DNA of 64,000 bases from an uncultured delta proteobacterium (GTDB lineage: Bacteria; Myxococcota_A; Polyangia; Polyangiales; B10-G4), in assembly GCA_963727445.1 (NCBI GenBank), contig CAVSGI010000010.1:1056001-1120000 (forward strand), given 5' to 3'. Below the pieces are notes generated by a model. That model made no database searches. It was not told where the DNA came from and saw nothing but the letters and a program-made list of their open reading frames with translations. Every line of letters begins with the position of its first letter. The stretch's first letter is position 1. Both the position numbers and the translations under genes were made by a program. Below are positions 10,023-18,920 of this stretch, in pieces.

Positions 10023-11193
10023 TTAGTCCACCGCGCGGACGACGCCCGCACCGATGGTGCGCCCGCCCTCACGGATGGCGAAGCGCATGCCCGCCTCGAG
10101 GGCGACGCCGCGGTCGAGAGCAAAACGGACGGTGGCCCGATCACCGGGCTCGGCCCGTCCCGCCTCGAAGTCGAGCTTCGCCGTGACCCGGGTAGCGCCG
10201 AAGTAGAGCTGCGGCGCGTAACCCGAGGTCGCGGCGCGCTTGCGCCCGCCTTCGGCCGCGGTGAGGAGAAAGATCTCCGCCGCGCCGCGCGCGTGCGCAC
10301 CGACCGAGCCGGGCGCGACCACGACCTGGCCGCGCAAGACCTCCCCGCGGCCGACGCCGCGAAGAAGCAGGCCGACGTTCTGGCCGGCCACCGCCTCGGC
10401 GACGTCGCGGTGAAACGACTGGATGCCGCTCACCACCGCCTCGAGGACGCCCTCACGACGGCCGACCACCTCGACCTTCCCCTCGCGAGCGAGGACGCCG
10501 CGGCCGACCCGGCCCGTCACGACCGTGCCGCGACCGGGGATGGTGCAGACGGCCTCGATGGGCATCAGGAAGGGCGCCTCCAGAATCCCGCGCGGGGATC
10601 GGGAGGTGCGCGTCCATCGCCTCGAGAAGCGCACGGATGCACGCCGTCGCCTCGTCGTCGAACTGGCCGAGGGCGCACGCCTCGAGGGCCCGAAGCGCGG
10701 AGCCGCGCACGAAGCGCGCCTCGTAGCCGTGGGCCGCGAGGAGCTCACGCACCTCGAGCTCGACGAGCTCGAGAAGCTCCGGGTCGGCGACGTCCACCTT
10801 GTTGATGAAGCAGACGAGGTGATCGACACCCAGCTGGCGGGCGAGCAGCACGTGCTCGCGGGTCTGGGCCTCGACGCCCTGACTGCCGTCGACGAGGAGG
10901 ATGCCGCCGTCCATCTGGCTGGCGCCGGTGATCATGTTCTTCACGAAGTCGGCGTGACCGGGACAGTCGACGTGGGCGTAGATCCGCCCCGCCGTCTCGT
11001 AGCGGACGTGGCTCGAGACGATGGTGATGCCGCGGCGCTTCTCCTCGGGGGCACGGTCGATCTCGGAAAAGGCCCAAGCCGTGCCACCGTGAAGATGCGA
11101 GGCCACCGCCGAGAGGGCGGCGGTGAGGGTGGTCTTGCCGTGGTCGACGTGGCCGATGGTGCCGACGCTGACGTGCTGCTTCGTGATGTTCAT
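10023..11193 (-). pseudogene. tuf: Divergent elongation factor Tu paralogue (EF-Tu3-like) with a +1 frameshift at 10584-10585 (may be intact in vivo)
   Basis: [33 protein letters not shown] and GSAL in one frame; [33 protein letters not shown] in the other. Removing one base from CGG GAT T CTG gives a 389-aa ORF. Confidence 0.9.
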
Positions 11194-11296
11194 TTCGCTA
11201 TCGATCTCCACTTCTCCTTCCGCGGCCGCGGGATTGCGGCGCGCGGGGACAGCCCGGGACGGACCTCTCCGGCAGAGGTTGGAGACGGACGAACGT

Positions 11297-11326
11297 GGCC
11301 CCCTGCCGGCGATGCCGGAGGGGGCC
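11297..11326 (-). terminator. Putative attenuator hairpin in the tuf 5' leader
   Basis: GGCCCCCT-g-CCGGC-gat-GCCGG-AGGGGGCC (+ strand), between the leader ORF stop and the tuf start. Confidence 0.55.
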
Positions 11327-11350
11327 TTCATCTTCAGGACGCTGAACGAC

Positions 11351-11446
11351 TCAGCGTTTGGCAGGACCCTCCGGCCAGACGTGCACCCGCGTCGCGACCG
11401 TGAGGTCGCGGAGGGCGCGCGTGACTGACGAGAGGTCGCGGCTCAT
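11351..11446 (-). CDS. Putative 31-aa leader peptide [31 protein letters not shown]
   Basis: ATG..TGA ORF translated by hand (not in the ORF track), 7 nt after a TTGACT-N16-CATCGT promoter-like element. Confidence 0.5.
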   Translation of the reverse strand: MSRDLSSVTRALRDLTVATRVHVWPEGPAKR

Positions 11447-11453
11447 GGCCGAC

Positions 11454-11481
11454 ACGATGTGTCGTGCCGCGGCCGAGTCAA
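11454..11481 (-). promoter_or_regulatory. Sigma70-like promoter for the leader/tuf transcript
   Basis: Minus strand TTGACT-16 nt-CATCGT-7 nt-ATG. Confidence 0.5.
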
Positions 11482-11485
11482 CGGG

Positions 11486-12607
11486 TCAGTTGTCGCTCGA
11501 GATGGTGATGATGTTCTTGACGCCGCCGGCCTTGCCGGTGAGCAGCTCCTGGAAGCTGTCCATGGGGAAGCGGCCGCTGATCAGCGTGTCGAAGACGTGC
11601 GGCGTGTCCTTCTTGAACGCCTCGAGGTCGGCGACCGCCGCGTCGAAGGCGTCCTTGCCGGCGTTCACCGTGCCGAGCAGGACGTGGTTTTCGAGGACCA
11701 GGTTCCGCATGATGCGGCCGCCGTCGAAGCTCACGTCCTGGGCGCGGCCCGGCACGCCGGTGAAGATGAAGATGGCGTTGGGCCCCATCACATCCAGCAC
11801 CGAGAACGACAGCTGCGAGGCGCCGGTCGCCTCGTAGACGAGATCGACATCGCCGATGCGCTCGAAGAGCCCGGCGACGTCCACCTCTTTGCCGGAGTGA
11901 TACTCGACCCCGATGGATTCGAGCATCGTCGCGCGCGGCGTCCCCTCCTCTTCGAGGGAGTAGACGTGGGTGTCGAAGCCGTTGCGCTTCAGCACCAGGG
12001 CGCCGAGCAGACCGATCGGCCCCGCGCCGAGCACCAGCGCCTTGAGCTTGGGCGCTTCGCCCGCGGCCCGCGCCTCCTTACCGGCCCACGGCAGGCGCTC
12101 CTGGATGTCCCAGACCTGCAGGAGCGCCTTTTCGGCGATGGTGAGGGGCTCGACCAGGACGGCGATGTCGCGAAGGTCCTCCGGGATCTTCACGAAGTAC
12201 TTCTCCCGGTCGACGATCCGCTCGGCGAAGTATCCGTGCGCGCCCTTGATGCCGCGCTCCGTGAAGTTGCCCGTGAAGCAGAAGTCCTGACGGTCGGCCT
12301 TGCACGCGAGGCACTTGTCGTCGCCGCAGGGGCGGCGCACCGTCGGAACGACGAGGTCACCGACCGCGAGCTCCTCGACCCCGCTGCCCACCTCGATCAC
12401 GCGGCCGAGGGCTTCGTGATGCATCACCAGGTAGTCTTCACCTTTGGGCGGGAGGCCGTGGAGGGTATGGGCGATTTCCTTGTCGGTGCCGCAGACGCCG
12501 ACCTCCAGGACCTGCACCTTCACTTCGTCATCTCGGCCGATCTCCGGTTCCGGGTGATCGACGAGCCGAATGGCCTTCTCGGCCGGAAATATGCCCAATG
12601 CTTTCAT
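11486..12607 (-). CDS. Glucose 1-dehydrogenase (Zn-dependent MDR family)
   Basis: GVCGTDKEI, HHEALGRV, VVPTVRRPC..C..C, ERGIKGAHGY and GAGPIG motifs. Confidence 0.85.
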   Translation of the reverse strand: MKALGIFPAEKAIRLVDHPEPEIGRDDEVKVQVLEVGVCGTDKEIAHTLHGLPPKGEDYLVMHHEALGRVIEVGSGVEELAVGDLVVPTVRRPCGDDKCLACKADRQDFCFTGNFTERGIKGAHGYFAERIVDREKYFVKIPEDLRDIAVLVEPLTIAEKALLQVWDIQERLPWAGKEARAAGEAPKLKALVLGAGPIGLLGALVLKRNGFDTHVYSLEEEGTPRATMLESIGVEYHSGKEVDVAGLFERIGDVDLVYEATGASQLSFSVLDVMGPNAIFIFTGVPGRAQDVSFDGGRIMRNLVLENHVLLGTVNAGKDAFDAAVADLEAFKKDTPHVFDTLISGRFPMDSFQELLTGKAGGVKNIITISSDN

Positions 12608-12714
12608 CTTCCGCCTCCTGACAGGCGAAGAGTGATCGGACAGCGACGGTTCTTTGGCAAGGGGATAACCGGGCCAACCTGATCTATCCTCCCGGACTCG
12701 CCAGACGAGGAACC

Positions 12715-15360
12715 ATGGCCGATGCAGAGATAGCCCGCCTCGAAGAGGACGCCCAAAGAGAAAAGAACTGGAAGCGCTGGGGTCCTTACCTCTCCGAACG
12801 GCAGTGGGGGACGGTGCGTGAGGACTACAGCGCCGGGGGCTCCTCCTGGACCGACTTCCCGCACGAGCAAGCGCGCAGCCGCACCTATCGCTGGGGCGAG
12901 GACGGCCTGCTCGGATTCACCGACCGGCGCTGTCGGCTCTGCTTCGGTCTGGCGCTCTGGAACGAAGCGGACCCGATCCTCAAGGAACGTCTCTTCGGGC
13001 TCACCGGCCCCGAGGGCAATCACGGCGAGGACGTGAAGGAGCTCTACTACTACCTCGACGCGACGCCGACCTATTCGTACGCGAAAGCGCTCTACAAGTA
13101 TCCGCAGCGCGAGTTCCCCTACGCGGCGCTGGTGGAGGAGAACGCCCGCCGCGACAAGCAAACGCACGAGTACGAGCTTCTCGACACCGGCGTCTTCGAC
13201 GAGGACCGTTACTTCGACGTCTTCGCGGAGTACGCCAAGGCGTCGCCGAACGATCTGCTGATCCGGGTCACCGTACACAACCGCGGCCCCGAGGCAGCGA
13301 AGATCCACGTGCTGCCCACGCTCTGGTTCCGGAACACCTGGGCCTGGGGACGAACGGGCGACGGCTACTGGCCCGAGCCGACCATCGAGCGCGATGGCGA
13401 CGGCCTGCGCCTCGAGCACGACTCGAGTCTCGGCGTCTTTCGTTTCTTCGCGCGCCGCAAGGCCGCGCCGATCTTCACGAACAACGAGACGAACGCCGAG
13501 CGCCTCTTCGGCGCCGACAACGCGAAGCCTGCGGTGAAGGACGCGTTCCACGACTTCGTGATCCACGGGGACGCGAGCGCCCTGGCCCAGGACGAGCGTG
13601 GGACGAAGGCGGCCTACCACTACGCCCTCGAGATTGGCCCGGGCCAGTCGGAGGTCCTCGAGTTCCGCCTCACCGCCGAAGACGAGGTGAAGGGGGCGCC
13701 CTGGGAAGACTTCGACCCGGTCTTCGCCGAGCGGCACGCGGAGGCCGATGCCTTCTATCGCGAGCGCATCCCGAAGGAGCTCGACGAAGAAGAGGCGCGC
13801 GTCGCGCGGCAGGCCTACGGGAGCCTCTTGTGGACCAATCAGGTCTTCCACTACGTGGTGCGCGACTGGCTGGAAGGCGACCCTAGCGGGCCGCCGCCGC
13901 CGGACTCGCGTTGGGCGGGGCGCAACGCCGAGTGGCGGCACCTGTTCAACCTCGACGTGGTGTCCATGCCCGACAAGTGGGAGTACCCCTGGTACGCGGC
14001 GTGGGACCTCGCGTTCCACATGATCCCCTATGCCCACGTCGACACCCACTTCGCCAAGCACCAGCTGCTGCTCTTTCTGCGCGAGTGGTACATGCACCCC
14101 AACGGACAGATCCCGGCGTACGAGTTCTCCCTCGGCGACGTGAACCCGCCGGTGCACGCGTGGGCGGTGTGGCGCACCTACAGGCGCGCCGCGGTGCGCG
14201 GCGATCGAGACACACAGTGGCTCAAGCGCTGCTTCAACAAGCTGCTGCTCAACTACGGCTGGTGGGTCAACCGAAAGGACGCCGACGGGAACAACCTCTT
14301 CAGCGGCGGCTTCCTCGGCCTCGACAACATCGGCGTCTTCGATCGCTCGAACCACCTGCCGCGCGGCGGGCGGCTCGAGCAGGCGGACGGAACCGCCTGG
14401 ATGGCCTTCTTCTCCGGAACGATGCTCTCCATCGCCATCGAGCTCGCCCAGGACGACCCGACCTACGAGGACATGGCGTCGCGCTTCTTCGAGCACTTCG
14501 TCGAGATCGTCGACGCCTTGAACAACCTCGGCGAGAGCGGCTTGTGGAGCGAAGAGGACGGCTTCTACTACGACAACCTCTACGCGGGCGACGACGTGAT
14601 CCCGCTCCGCACCCGCTCGCTGGTTGGCCTCGCGCCGCTCTTCGCCGTGCACGTGCTCGAGCAGGATCAGATCGAGAAGCTCCCCGGCTTTCACAAGCGG
14701 ATGCAGTGGTTCCTCGAGAACCGCCGCGACCTCGCTCAGACCATCAGCTACATGCAGAAAAGCCCGGCACACGGCCGGCGGCTGCTCGCCGTCCCGACGC
14801 GAGAGCGGCTCGAGCGCATGCTGGGCTACATGCTCGACGAGAACGAGTTCCTCTCCGAATACGGCATCCGGAGCCTGTCAAAGGCTCACCACGACCCGCC
14901 CTACGAGCTCCGCCTGGACGGCCACAGCCACACCGTGCGCTACACGCCGGGCGAATCGGACACGCACATGTTCGGGGGCAACTCCAATTGGCGCGGACCC
15001 ATCTGGTTCCCCCTGAACTTCCTCCTCCTCGAGGCCCTCGAGCGCTACGCCTATTTCTACGGCGACGACCTGAAGGTGGAGATGCCCACCGGCTCGGGCA
15101 ACTACGTCACCCTCGACGTCGCCGCCTCCGAAATCGCCAAGCGCCTCTCGCGGATCTTCGTCCCCGGTCCCGAAGGACGGCGCCCGGTTCACGGTCGTCA
15201 TCATCGCTACGCCGAGGACCCGGCGTTCGCCGACCTCGTCCTCTTCTACGAATACTTCCACGGCGAGACCGGCCGCGGCTGCGGAGCGAGCCATCAGACC
15301 GGATGGACGGCGCTCGTCGCGAGCTGCCTCGAGAAGGTCGGCCGCAGCCGCGAGGAATAG
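12715..15360 (+). CDS. MGH1-like / GH63-type glucosidase
   Basis: WGPYLSERQWGTVREDYS, SMPDKWEYPWYAAWDLAFH, NSNWRGPIWFP and GASHQTGWT motifs. Confidence 0.9.
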   Translation: MADAEIARLEEDAQREKNWKRWGPYLSERQWGTVREDYSAGGSSWTDFPHEQARSRTYRWGEDGLLGFTDRRCRLCFGLALWNEADPILKERLFGLTGPEGNHGEDVKELYYYLDATPTYSYAKALYKYPQREFPYAALVEENARRDKQTHEYELLDTGVFDEDRYFDVFAEYAKASPNDLLIRVTVHNRGPEAAKIHVLPTLWFRNTWAWGRTGDGYWPEPTIERDGDGLRLEHDSSLGVFRFFARRKAAPIFTNNETNAERLFGADNAKPAVKDAFHDFVIHGDASALAQDERGTKAAYHYALEIGPGQSEVLEFRLTAEDEVKGAPWEDFDPVFAERHAEADAFYRERIPKELDEEEARVARQAYGSLLWTNQVFHYVVRDWLEGDPSGPPPPDSRWAGRNAEWRHLFNLDVVSMPDKWEYPWYAAWDLAFHMIPYAHVDTHFAKHQLLLFLREWYMHPNGQIPAYEFSLGDVNPPVHAWAVWRTYRRAAVRGDRDTQWLKRCFNKLLLNYGWWVNRKDADGNNLFSGGFLGLDNIGVFDRSNHLPRGGRLEQADGTAWMAFFSGTMLSIAIELAQDDPTYEDMASRFFEHFVEIVDALNNLGESGLWSEEDGFYYDNLYAGDDVIPLRTRSLVGLAPLFAVHVLEQDQIEKLPGFHKRMQWFLENRRDLAQTISYMQKSPAHGRRLLAVPTRERLERMLGYMLDENEFLSEYGIRSLSKAHHDPPYELRLDGHSHTVRYTPGESDTHMFGGNSNWRGPIWFPLNFLLLEALERYAYFYGDDLKVEMPTGSGNYVTLDVAASEIAKRLSRIFVPGPEGRRPVHGRHHRYAEDPAFADLVLFYEYFHGETGRGCGASHQTGWTALVASCLEKVGRSREE

Positions 15361-15369
15361 GGCGCGACC

Positions 15370-15645
15370 TCAGGTCCCGACGGCGACGCTGGCGTCGGCG
15401 GGACCGACGTCGAAGGGCGCGATCGCCGCGCTCGCGCTGTCGACCACCACCGCGTCGGCGTCGACCGCATCGGGGGCGGCGTCCGATGCTTCCGATGCAC
15501 CGTGCGCGACGGGCCATGCGTCGGAGGTGATGGGCAGGCCTCCTTCGCCGCCGCACGGCCCATCGTCAGTCGCGCCGCCGAGCGACGAGCTTGCGTCGAG
15601 CGAACAGCCGGCCAACAGAAGGGAGACGCAGACGACGAGCCTCAC
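15370..15645 (-). CDS. Small putative lipoprotein
   Basis: Lipobox LAGC followed by an Asp/Ala-rich low-complexity tail; no folded domain evident. Confidence 0.45.
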   Translation of the reverse strand: MRLVVCVSLLLAGCSLDASSSLGGATDDGPCGGEGGLPITSDAWPVAHGASEASDAAPDAVDADAVVVDSASAAIAPFDVGPADASVAVGT

Positions 15646-15722
15646 GCCTTCATCATAGCGCTCACTGCATGCTCCTCAAACCGACCCCGGCGAAAACTGC
15701 GGGGGTGGTACGCTGGACGTCG

Positions 15723-16865
15723 ATGTACCAATTGGGTGCCGCGCTCGCCCTGAGCCTCACTGCCGCGGGCTGTGGACGCGTCGGCTTCGACGCGCAGAGC
15801 AGCGCGCCGGACGCGACGTCCTTCGACTCCGCGATGCCGGTCGACAGCGGCATGGGCGACGACGGCGGAGGCGATGCGGCCGTGGACGCCGCGGTCCTCG
15901 TCGACCTGCCGGGCGAAAGCGCCGTCCTGCCCGATGGATGGCGGGGAGATGTCTGGGTCGACTTCTCTTCGGACTACTCGTACATCGACGTCCAGTACCT
16001 CGACGTCACCTACCCCTTCAACAATCGCCCGCATCACATGGCGCTCCTGTCCGCGCCCTTCGATCCCGGGATCGCCCTCGTCGGCACCTGGGAGATCTGG
16101 GAAGTGCGCGCGCCCGACGTCTTCGTCTCGCACTTCTACTACCCGGGATCGGATGACGGGCCCGGACCCGATGCGTTCTTCGACGCCGCCTGGTGCGATA
16201 GCTGGATGGCGTCTGCGCCCGGGCTCTGCGTCGCCGCCGGATCGCAGAACGCGGGTGACGGCGTTTACCGCATCGAATCCGATTGGTCGATCAGCCGCAT
16301 CTCCACCGACAACAACGTGGGCGACATGGCCTTCGACGCGAGGGGCGCCTTCGACGACATCGGCGCGCCCACGCTCTACTGGTCGGGACCCGACGGGCTG
16401 CGCCGCTTCGGTGAGGCCGTCTTCTATCCCGGCATGCTCAACGGCGCGTTCACCGAGATCATCCCGAGCGGCGACATCCTCACCATGCACACCGACGTCT
16501 CGAGCGGCCTGCGCCGGCTCTTGATCCTCGCGTCGGGGAGCCACAGTGAGACGATCGTCGACATGACCAGCGCTTCGGCGGACCCGGTCGCGCGGCAAAA
16601 CGCGGGCGTCTTCGCAGTGGTGGCGGGCGACGTCACTCAGCTCCGTGGCTTCGGCTACGCCATCCGCCGAACCCACGAGCTGCTCGAGATCGCCAGCGAC
16701 GGCTCGTACACGGTGATCGCCTCCGCTGGCCCGCGCTGGCGCTGGACCCACGCCCTCATCCCGCCGGCCTCGCACCCGCTGAGCGCCGACGGCCCGGCGC
16801 TCTACGTGCTCGAATACCAGCCCACGACGGAAGTGAATCGGATCATCCGACTGAGGCCACCGTGA
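15723..16865 (+). CDS. Lipoprotein with Asp-Ala linker and probable beta-propeller
   Basis: Signal ending AAGC then GRVGFD; DA-rich linker; beta-rich body. Confidence 0.7.
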   Translation: MYQLGAALALSLTAAGCGRVGFDAQSSAPDATSFDSAMPVDSGMGDDGGGDAAVDAAVLVDLPGESAVLPDGWRGDVWVDFSSDYSYIDVQYLDVTYPFNNRPHHMALLSAPFDPGIALVGTWEIWEVRAPDVFVSHFYYPGSDDGPGPDAFFDAAWCDSWMASAPGLCVAAGSQNAGDGVYRIESDWSISRISTDNNVGDMAFDARGAFDDIGAPTLYWSGPDGLRRFGEAVFYPGMLNGAFTEIIPSGDILTMHTDVSSGLRRLLILASGSHSETIVDMTSASADPVARQNAGVFAVVAGDVTQLRGFGYAIRRTHELLEIASDGSYTVIASAGPRWRWTHALIPPASHPLSADGPALYVLEYQPTTEVNRIIRLRPP

Positions 16866-16878
16866 CGCCTCGCCAACG

Positions 16879-18324
16879 CTACATCGACTTCGTGTAGGAG
16901 AACTGGTCCAGCATCGAGCCGTCGAGACGATAGGCGGTGTACGTGATCGACAGCCCGTCGACGTCGACGACGGCGTAGTTGTTGGTGCTCTCGTTGACCA
17001 CGGTGTGCTCGCAGGTCTCGCTCCCGTAGAGCGGTGCACCAGCGCCGCCGCTGACGAAGTACACGGTCCCGCTCCCGTCGACCGGCTCACCGCTCGCGCC
17101 CTGGGCGCCGTACACGGGGTCGGTGCCTGACGAAAAGCCGCGGATGGGCTTGGAGCGCTCGTAGATGTGGTCGTGGCCGTTGAACACGAAGTCGACCTCG
17201 AGCTCGTCGTAGACGGGCTGCCAGACCTCCCGGAGATCGAGCTGGGAGCCGTGGCTGGTGGAGCAGCTGTAGAGGGCGCGGTGATGCATCACGAAGATCC
17301 ACGGAGTGGAGCTGCGGTCGACGCCCAACAGGTCGGTGCGGAGCCAGTCGCGCTGCGCGTCGAGGATGGACGAGTCGGGGACGGAATCGTTGAGCACCGC
17401 GAAGTGCGCGTTGCCGTAGTCGAAGGAGTACCACTCCTCACCGCGCGAAGGCTCCGACTCCATCGGCGACGGATCTTGAGGAAGCGCGAAGAGCAGCAGG
17501 TAGTTGATCGCCAGCGACTCGTGGTTGCCGTTGGCCACCATGAAGGGTGTCTCGGCGAGGACGTCCTGCACCGAGAAGGTGTCGATCTCCTGACCGAAGA
17601 AGTCGCTCCACGCGGGCTGATCGATCCCGATGCCCACCGCGTCCCCGGTGAAGACCTGGAAGTCGACGGCCTCGTCGCCGATCGCCTGTACGGTCTCGGC
17701 CCAGACGACCGAGTCGTTTCGGGCATCGCCGGCCACGGCGAATCGGAAGGGCTCGGCAGACCCCGGTGTCGGTGCGGTGGAGAGGGTGTAGACGTCGCTC
17801 CACGCGCCGGGGCCTCCGACTTTGTACGAATAGCTCGTCGACGGGTCGAGCCCACAGACGTGCGCCTCGTGGATTCGATAGTCGGTGGCCGTCACGTCCC
17901 GAAAGAGAACGTGGTGACCGAGGACATCCATCACCGTCGCCGAGCCCCCGTCCGCCGCCTCCACCTCGGCGGCGTCCGCGCCGAACAGGAGATGGGAGAC
18001 GGTGGTGTCGACGCCGGTCTGCCAGTTCACGGCGAAGCCATCGTCGCTCGGGCCCGCGAAGCTCGCGTGGATGAAGCGCGGGGACGGATCGCTCCCGACC
18101 TCGTCTCCCGACCGCTCAGCCTCCACCACCTCCGGCGTGCTGACCTCGTAGGTGCACCCGTCCGGCGTGTAGGTCAGGGTCGTCAGGGTCGACGACGTGC
18201 CGGTGTCGGTCGCCCGGCTGTCGGTCGCCAGCGCGTCCACGGCTGCGTCCACGGGAGCCGTGTCGTCGTCACCGCAAGCCATGACGAAGATCAGTGAAAA
18301 GACGAACGAACAAGCGCGCTGCAT
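16879..18324 (-). CDS. Purple acid phosphatase-family metallophosphoesterase lipoprotein
   Basis: Lipobox VMAC; FN3-like N-domain; GDAR, TGD, GNHE, HR.LY and GHDHIYER metal ligands. Confidence 0.88.
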   Translation of the reverse strand: MQRACSFVFSLIFVMACGDDDTAPVDAAVDALATDSRATDTGTSSTLTTLTYTPDGCTYEVSTPEVVEAERSGDEVGSDPSPRFIHASFAGPSDDGFAVNWQTGVDTTVSHLLFGADAAEVEAADGGSATVMDVLGHHVLFRDVTATDYRIHEAHVCGLDPSTSYSYKVGGPGAWSDVYTLSTAPTPGSAEPFRFAVAGDARNDSVVWAETVQAIGDEAVDFQVFTGDAVGIGIDQPAWSDFFGQEIDTFSVQDVLAETPFMVANGNHESLAINYLLLFALPQDPSPMESEPSRGEEWYSFDYGNAHFAVLNDSVPDSSILDAQRDWLRTDLLGVDRSSTPWIFVMHHRALYSCSTSHGSQLDLREVWQPVYDELEVDFVFNGHDHIYERSKPIRGFSSGTDPVYGAQGASGEPVDGSGTVYFVSGGAGAPLYGSETCEHTVVNESTNNYAVVDVDGLSITYTAYRLDGSMLDQFSYTKSM

Positions 18325-18380
18325 GACCCGAAGTCATGCCACGACCACCTCCGACGGCAACCCGGCCCCCTGACGACGAA

Positions 18381-18410
18381 GAGCCGGCGGGGCAAATGCC
18401 CGGCCGGCTC
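18381..18410 (-). terminator. Hairpin downstream of the Tat repeat peptide
   Basis: GAGCCGGCGGGGCA-aa-TGCCCGGCCGGCTC with one mismatch, 19 nt past the stop. Confidence 0.55.
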
Positions 18411-18429
18411 TCCTCATCTTCGTCTTGGC

Positions 18430-18798
18430 TCAGGTTCCGCGGCAGGGCCCGCGGCCCTGGCCGCCCGGATCGGCGTTGCCGCCCGAGTCGGAGTCGCTAT
18501 GCCCGCGACGACGGCATACGCCGTAGCCGCCCGGATCGCCCGTGCCATCGGGACCACCCTGGGTGTCGCGGTCGGTGTGGCCGCTACGGGGCTTGTCGGC
18601 CGGGTCGGCGTATTGGCCGGTGTCGTTGTCGGTCACCAGCTCCACCGAGTCGTCGGCCTTGGCGCGCGACTGTGGTCCGAGCACGACCGAGGTCGCTCCG
18701 AGGGCGAGCCCTCCCCCGACGACACCGAGCATCGAACGACGGCTCATGCCCGTCTCCGACACGATGTCTTCCTTCCGCAGGCTCTTCTTTTTGCTCAT
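18430..18798 (-). CDS. 122-aa Tat-signal peptide with three Asp-rich repeats (candidate modified-peptide precursor)
   Basis: GGAGGAG RBS; SRRSML twin-arginine motif, hydrophobic region and AKA cleavage site; repeats TDNDTG..ADP, TDRDTQ..GDP and SDSDSG..ADP. Confidence 0.8.
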   Translation of the reverse strand: MSKKKSLRKEDIVSETGMSRRSMLGVVGGGLALGATSVVLGPQSRAKADDSVELVTDNDTGQYADPADKPRSGHTDRDTQGGPDGTGDPGGYGVCRRRGHSDSDSGGNADPGGQGRGPCRGT

Positions 18799-18920
18799 TG
18801 CTCCTCCACTCGCGTCCGCTCCAAAGAGCGCTCGAACTATGAAAGCCGAAGCAGTGAATGAACACAAGCCTACTGCACACGGCCGTTGACAGACGTGCGG
18901 GGCTGGCGCTGCATTCATTC

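Noticed and set aside
10575..10595. Programmed ribosomal frameshift in tuf
   Set aside because: No slippery heptamer or prfB-like CTT-TGA signal; the same GATTC pattern recurs at 50786.
12604..14772. Long antisense or alternate-frame ORFs (also 28611..31061, 20002..21648, 33518..35257, 53718..55610 and others)
   Set aside because: Shadow ORFs expected in high-GC DNA; they overlap well-supported genes and have no motifs.
18430..18918. Longer 162-aa version of the Tat peptide, and the JmjC start at 18858
   Set aside because: The two extended ORFs would overlap head-to-head; the RBS supports 18798 and the TTGACA position supports 18921.
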